A DNA stretch of 63,165 nt, counting the filler, from Saprolegnia diclina VS20 (lineage: Eukaryota): NCBI RefSeq assembly GCF_000281045.1. It is 4 parts of 2 records of this genome, joined end to end, with 100 filler letters (N's around TTAATTAATTAA, not from the genome) between each part and the next. Parts side by side here need not be neighbours in the genome. Positions count along the whole stretch, not along the records: positions 52,783 to 61,189 come from NW_008246091.1; positions 61,290 to 63,165 come from NW_008246092.1; 2 more parts are not named here. One strand, given 5' to 3'. A program made the position numbers and the translations under genes. Positions 58,141 to 63,165 of the stretch are shown here, one piece after another (position 1 is the stretch's first letter; every line of letters begins with the position of its first letter). The notes under the pieces are model-generated. The model was not told the DNA's origin. It did no database searches and saw only the letters and a program-made list of their open reading frames with translations.

Positions 58141-58622
58141 GTCACCGCCGACATCATAATGGGCCTCCTTGGCAGGCGTTGAAATGCAATGCTGTGCAGT
58201 CAGTTGTGGCATTTATGGCACTGGCCTAGACTACATCAAGCAGCCTCTCGTCTTCTTCGGGCATCCATGATCCCTTCTTGGCAAAGGGAGACTCGGCGTC
58301 CCACTGGTGTCGCCATTTGTATCATGAGGCGCGGAAATGCCTGCTTCCACTTCATGAGATTGGGTCCGAAAGTTTGAGATACGTCAGCTACGCTGCAGGG
58401 CGAAGGGGAGTTAATTCCATCAACGCTATCGGTTCTGCAGCTTATACCATGCACCTCTAGCACAATAACGTCTGCGGTTTACTTGGGGCGAGCTGTTTAA
58501 ACGCGTTATACCTTCAACCTTCNNNNNNNNNNNNNNNNNNNNNNNNNNNNNNNNNNNNNNNNNNNNNNNNNNNNNNNNNNNNNNNNNNNNNNNNNNNNNN
58601 NNNNNNNNNNNNNNNNNNNNNN

Positions 58623-59220
58623 GGTATATGGGCGTCATGGCTTTGGCACCGCGTCGCTTCCGCCGACGACCAATGTCGAAGCCGTCCTCGACACCGAAAG
58701 CGAGCTCGTCAGGTATGTGGGTGTCTGGATCCGAATGTCGTGCGTCTCGCGATCGGTGTCTTTGAAACGCCACTGGATTCCGCCGTTCTGGCGCAAGAGC
58801 TCCCCTCGTGTCCGAAGTCTAGATGCTATACTTCAAATGGATGTCCGACAATGCCTGTGACCAAGATCAGTTGGACAACGTCATGGCCGCCATCGCTGCG
58901 TCGTGCCTGCATCTGTCCCACCTGCATCTCAAAGGCAGCTTGATGCACACGATCGAGAGATGTGACAGTCTTCTCACGTGGCTCGCACGCCCGGACGCTC
59001 GATCTCAATCGCATCACGTTTGCTCCGACCGCAGCCAACACCTTGGCGCAGGCGCTGCGCGCCTCACCGACGCTCCGCACCATCAAGCTTAGCACGCGGT
59101 GACGGCGTTTCAGGCTTTTATGGACCCAGCGCGTGCAGCGTCGCCGCCGCTGCGCGACCTGGCGCATTGCTCGGGTCAAAGGCGGTGCTTCGCGCACCCT
59201 TCGACACGCTTTTCGACTGG
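58623..59220 (+). pseudogene. F-box-like/LRR family internal fragment, frameshifted
   Basis: PLDSAVLAQELPSCP and DQDQLDNVMAAIAASC...CDSLLTWLARP lie in different frames and align with the paralogues at 54966 and 59771. Confidence 0.75.
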
Positions 59221-59770
59221 TCGCATCCGTCGGAGCCCGGACTAATGCGCGACCTGAAGGTCATCGGCGGGTGTGATTAGACCGACGTAGTCGTTCCGTC
59301 CACAAGCAAGCACGAGAACGAGCTCGCCGAGCTTGCCCGGGTATGCCGCGCCGAGAATCGCTACTATGATATGTGGCACCTTTCGCCATTGACAAAGCCG
59401 TCGACATGGCTATTTTAAGCATTGATATATCGCATGGGACATCGGCGATTATCCCAATCAAAGGACTCCCAGCGCTGCTGCGGCATAGCGTGCACGGGAC
59501 GTTAAACGCTTTTACGTATTTAACCGACTCATGTGGAAAACATCGAGTTCCTGTACATCAGCGAAACACCGACCGCTCCTTGCAGCAATACACGCACTCG
59601 AGTAGAACCGTAGAGAACATACAAACAGCTCCAGTGTGCTATCGGTGCATACAAGGAAGTGATACCACCTGCACTTCCGGTGTCCAGTGTTCCCACATTT
59701 CATTTCCCACATTTGCATTTCCCACATTTTCCTTTCGCACGTGTTTTCCACGACCGTGTCAATCGAAAAA

Positions 59771-61085
59771 ATGAGCAACACGAAACAAGCGCGCGTCGAG
59801 GCGGCGCCATGGCTGCTGCCACCGATCGTGCTGCAGGTCGTCCACTACTTGGACAAAGCCAGCGATGTCATCACCTTCCTCGATGCAGCGCCCAACGCCG
59901 CCCGCGACAAGGCCTTTGATGCGCTTGTGACGCTCTTGGTCGCCGAGCCCGACCTCTGGCCAGCGACCGGCATGGACGACTTGTACAAAACAAGCGACAC
60001 GGACGACGACTCGATTGTGACAACGGCGCTACCCGCGCTTCGCAAGGTGCTGATCGCCCAAGGTAGCGAGATTGGCAACGGCCTGTCACTTTCACCGACG
60101 ACCGACGTCTGTCGAGGACCCGAGCGCCTTCCGATCCATTGTGGGCAGCTGGGCACCGAACGTCGTGAGTCTTACAATCGTCATCAACGAAGAGCCACTG
60201 GACTGCAGTGTATTGCAAGAGGAACTTGCAGCGTCCGAGCTCACGTCGCTCAAGTCGGTTCACGTCGACTGGAACGAAGAGGTCGACGACGAACAGCTCG
60301 ACGACGCGGTCGCAGCGATCACCGCCTCGTGCCCCAATCTCTGCGAACTGGATCTCGCCACCGATGTCGATTCAGAACTGGAGACCTGTGAGAGTCTTCT
60401 TGGATGGCTCGCGCGCTCCGGTGCCCGGCAGTTTAAGCTCGGTGCCATCGACTTTGCGCCGGGCGCCGCCACGGATGTGGCGCATGCGCTACTCTCGTCG
60501 ACGACGCTCCATACGATCCAGATCTTTGGTGCTCCAAACGTCCTCGAGTCGTTTTTGGAGTCGTCGTGTACGGCGCCGCCCCAGCAGCTACGCAATTTGA
60601 CCATCGGTCACGGCAGCAGCTGGCTCGATGTGACTGTGCCAACCACGGTGCGCACGCTTGAGCTCGTCTACGTCAAGATGAAGACCTTTTCTTCGCCATT
60701 GCCCGAGGTCCAGTCTCTCCGACTTTGTCACGTGACGTTGACAAGCGACGCTGTCTCCAGTCTCGCAGCCGTGCTTGCAGCGACGACCACACTTTTTCGA
60801 CTCGACCTTGGCGACACTACTTTGTCCGACGATCAACTCCAAGCGATCCTGGATGCTCTGCCGCACTGGCTGAATCGCCAGCACCACAAGTGCTACTTGC
60901 GCCTGCATGCGAAGCACCGGAGCGAGCCGCGGATCGCCGCTGTGCTGACCCAGATTCGCAACACGCTCGAGGTGCAGATCGAGTTGTGCGGCGGCGACGA
61001 CTTTGACTTTGCCACGTGCCATAATCTCTTGCCGGGCTTTGGCACGACGTCGCGGATGCAGCTGCGTTTCTCAAAGACGGGCTAG
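59771..61085 (+). pseudogene. F-box-like/LRR family gene with one frameshift
   Basis: MSNTKQARVEAAPWLLPPIVLQVVHYL... continues to PTTDV, then homology shifts frame at about 60110 (SVEDPSAFRSIVGSW...). The stop appears earlier than in the intact paralogue. Confidence 0.8.
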
Positions 61086-61289
61086 TCCATGGAGCTGCTT
61101 GCATACCGACAAGTACTGGCTCGCAACACTCGAGGTGCGCGGTGTCGAGTACTAGAACCACGGTTCCTCTCCCCACAAACGATGTTACANNNNNNNNNNN
61201 NNNNNNNNNNNNNNNNNNNNNNNNNNNNNNNNNTTAATTAATTAANNNNNNNNNNNNNNNNNNNNNNNNNNNNNNNNNNNNNNNNNNNN

Positions 61290-62192
61290 AAGTAGAGACC
61301 GACTTTTTCGCCATAGTAGTCCTTGATGTCGTTGTACGGCTGGTTCCACGGCGCACTCGACCTAGCACCGGCAGTGCGTCAGTGGTTAGGGTTCGGAAAA
61401 ATGTTGTCAATACCAGCTGATCCACTTTTCGTTGAGCTTGTCGCGCTCGTCAAAGTCGTGGAGCGGAAAGCTCGAGACGAGGCACTTCTTCATCTCGAGC
61501 ATCTGCGTGTTGAGATGGCAGCCCCCGTCGCTCGTGTGGGCATGAATGATCGAGTTAATGAGCTTGATGCGGTCAACGCCGCGGAACGGAATCTGCTTGC
61601 CAACCGGACCGTACTTCTTATAGACCGGTTGGAGCCGTTCGTCCATATCGTACTAGACAATGTGTCCATACGTCGTCCACGACCTTTCCGGCTTGTACCT
61701 TGCCAAAGATGTTTTGATACGGCCCGCGGGATGTCAGATCGCACTCTTCCGCAATTGTGATGGGGGCAATGCTGTGGTCGGGGTTGCCGGCCTCGGCCAG
61801 CTCTTTGAGCGCCTTGGGGTCGAACTCGAGCTTGAGGTCGATGCGGTCGGCTTCCTTGCAGAGCCGCTGGAGGGACGCGCGGATCTATTGTCAAATGTAT
61901 ACATACAATATTGTCATACAGTATAGAAAGATATTACCTTGCAGAAGACGAGATCGCGCGACGACGAGTAAAAGAGCTTGGTCTCGAGACCGGCGCCCGC
62001 GAGCCGCTGGAGGATGAGGCGCATCGAGAACAGTGTCTGCGCCTCCGTGAGCGTGCTCTCCTCGTCGTGGACCTTGAAGACAAACACGTAGTCGTAGTTA
62101 TAGCCGTGCCGCTCCTTGAACTTGTCGAGCGGCCAGTTCTTCACCTGGAGCGTCACGTCCGGCGACGCCGCCGTGCGCGGTGCTGCTTTCAT
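61290..62192 (-). CDS. Anoctamin/TMEM16 family protein, 5' part (remainder in gap)
   Basis: YDYVFVF, LQRLAGAGL, FRGVDRIKLI, FPLHD, QPYNDIKDYYGEKVGLY. Three short introns. Confidence 0.92.
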
Positions 62193-62329
62193 TGGCGCTA
62201 ATTTTCGACTGGAAGAAAAATGCCGACGCCCACAAACCCGTGGTTCGAACAACTGAATAATCTTCGATTCTAATAATCGAGTGTTACCAAGCTCTAAATC
62301 ATGCATCATACGCAGTTGCCGCCCGTTGC

Positions 62330-63165
62330 TTAGGTGACGTAGGCCAAGCCAAGAGCCAAAACAAGCAGCAGGTTGAACCACGGTGTACAGAATGCACCCG
62401 CGTTCTTGGTCGCAGTTGGCCGCGGCGTCGTCGTCGTTGGTCCCGGCGTCGCCGTCGTTGATCCCGGCGGCGCACTTGTGCTCGATGTCGGTGTCGGGGA
62501 CGGTGTGTTATAAAAACTCGGTGGCAACGGGTTGCTCGTCGCTGCTGGCGCCACGTAGCTGCTCGCATAGTCCGGTGGCGCCGACCCGTTCAAGAGCGCA
62601 AACTGCGGCGTGTCGCACACCGTCCCTTCAAAGTTGGAGCTGCACACGCACGCCCCCTATGGACGACGCGTCCGAGTTCAGACACCTTGTCGTTTCGATC
62701 GACAAGAGCATACCTGCACGCAGAGACCGTTGTTGGAGCACGGCCGACCGGACGCGTCGACAGGACAGTAGTAGTTGCTGCAGTCGACGCCGGTAAACCC
62801 AGCGTTGCAATAGCACGCGTTCTGGTAGCACGTGCCTTGGCCCGAACAGCCATTCGGACACCCGCTAGTGCACAACGCGCCGCTGTAGCCGCACTGGCAC
62901 ACGCACTCGGCGACACTTGTCGTCGCGTTGAAGACGCAGAGACTGGTGTTGGCGCCGCAGCTCAGGGAACAGCGCGGGTTTGCGTACGCGGCCGCCGCGC
63001 GCCGCACCGCAAAGTACACGCCGTTCTGTCTCGCAGTGAAGCACACTTGGGTGCTGTCAACCAACCCAAACGTCGTGAGGTTGAGCGGCTGCATCGTCGC
63101 CGCGTCGGTGAGCAACGCGACGTCGATCGTGTCAAAGGCCGGCCACTGCCGCACCGTCGGGTCGA
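62330..63165 (-). CDS. EGF-repeat (tenascin-type) surface protein, probable GPI anchor, 3' part
   Basis: CVCQCGYSGALC, CPNGCSGQGTC...CYCNAGFTGVDC, CSNNGLC, then a Thr/Pro stalk and hydrophobic tail FNLLLVLALGLAYVT. The start lies beyond the window. Confidence 0.85.

Overview
This is eukaryotic genomic DNA, almost certainly an oomycete and probably of the Saprolegniales. The basis is GC-rich coding exons, very short 40-60 nt GT-AG introns, oomycete-type Inr+FPR core promoter motifs, and typical gene families. It is a draft scaffold with many N gaps, three of which carry an artificial TTAATTAATTAA linker. Host genes: two ankyrin-repeat proteins, an ABHD/YheT-type hydrolase, two probable GPI-anchored surface proteins, a C2-domain protein, a GST (partial), a CAF16-like ABC ATPase, a PP2C, two DUF4419 genes, two GT60 (Gnt1-like) GlcNAc-transferases, a CBM1/PAN (CBEL-like) secreted protein, a BMT5-like methyltransferase, an intron-rich SAM-methyltransferase-TPR gene, a trypsin, gamma-SNAP, an array of F-box-like/LRR genes in various states of decay, and an anoctamin (partial). 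Gene-poor stretches hold decayed retroelements: Ty1/copia (two copies), L1-type LINE pieces, a DIRS/Ngaro-type tyrosine-recombinase element and a probable gypsy integrase. The most notable structures are (i) two near-identical gene pairs nested as inverted duplicates around a shared centre (DUF4419 < GT60 < > GT60 > DUF4419) and (ii) three insertions whose flanking duplications can be read directly: a 264-bp solo LTR whose empty site is in the window, a 433-bp LINE 3' end, and a 149-bp templated insertion with a related copy in the window. I found no CRISPR, rRNA or tRNA, and no confidently new biological system. All family assignments come from motif recognition by eye, not database searches.
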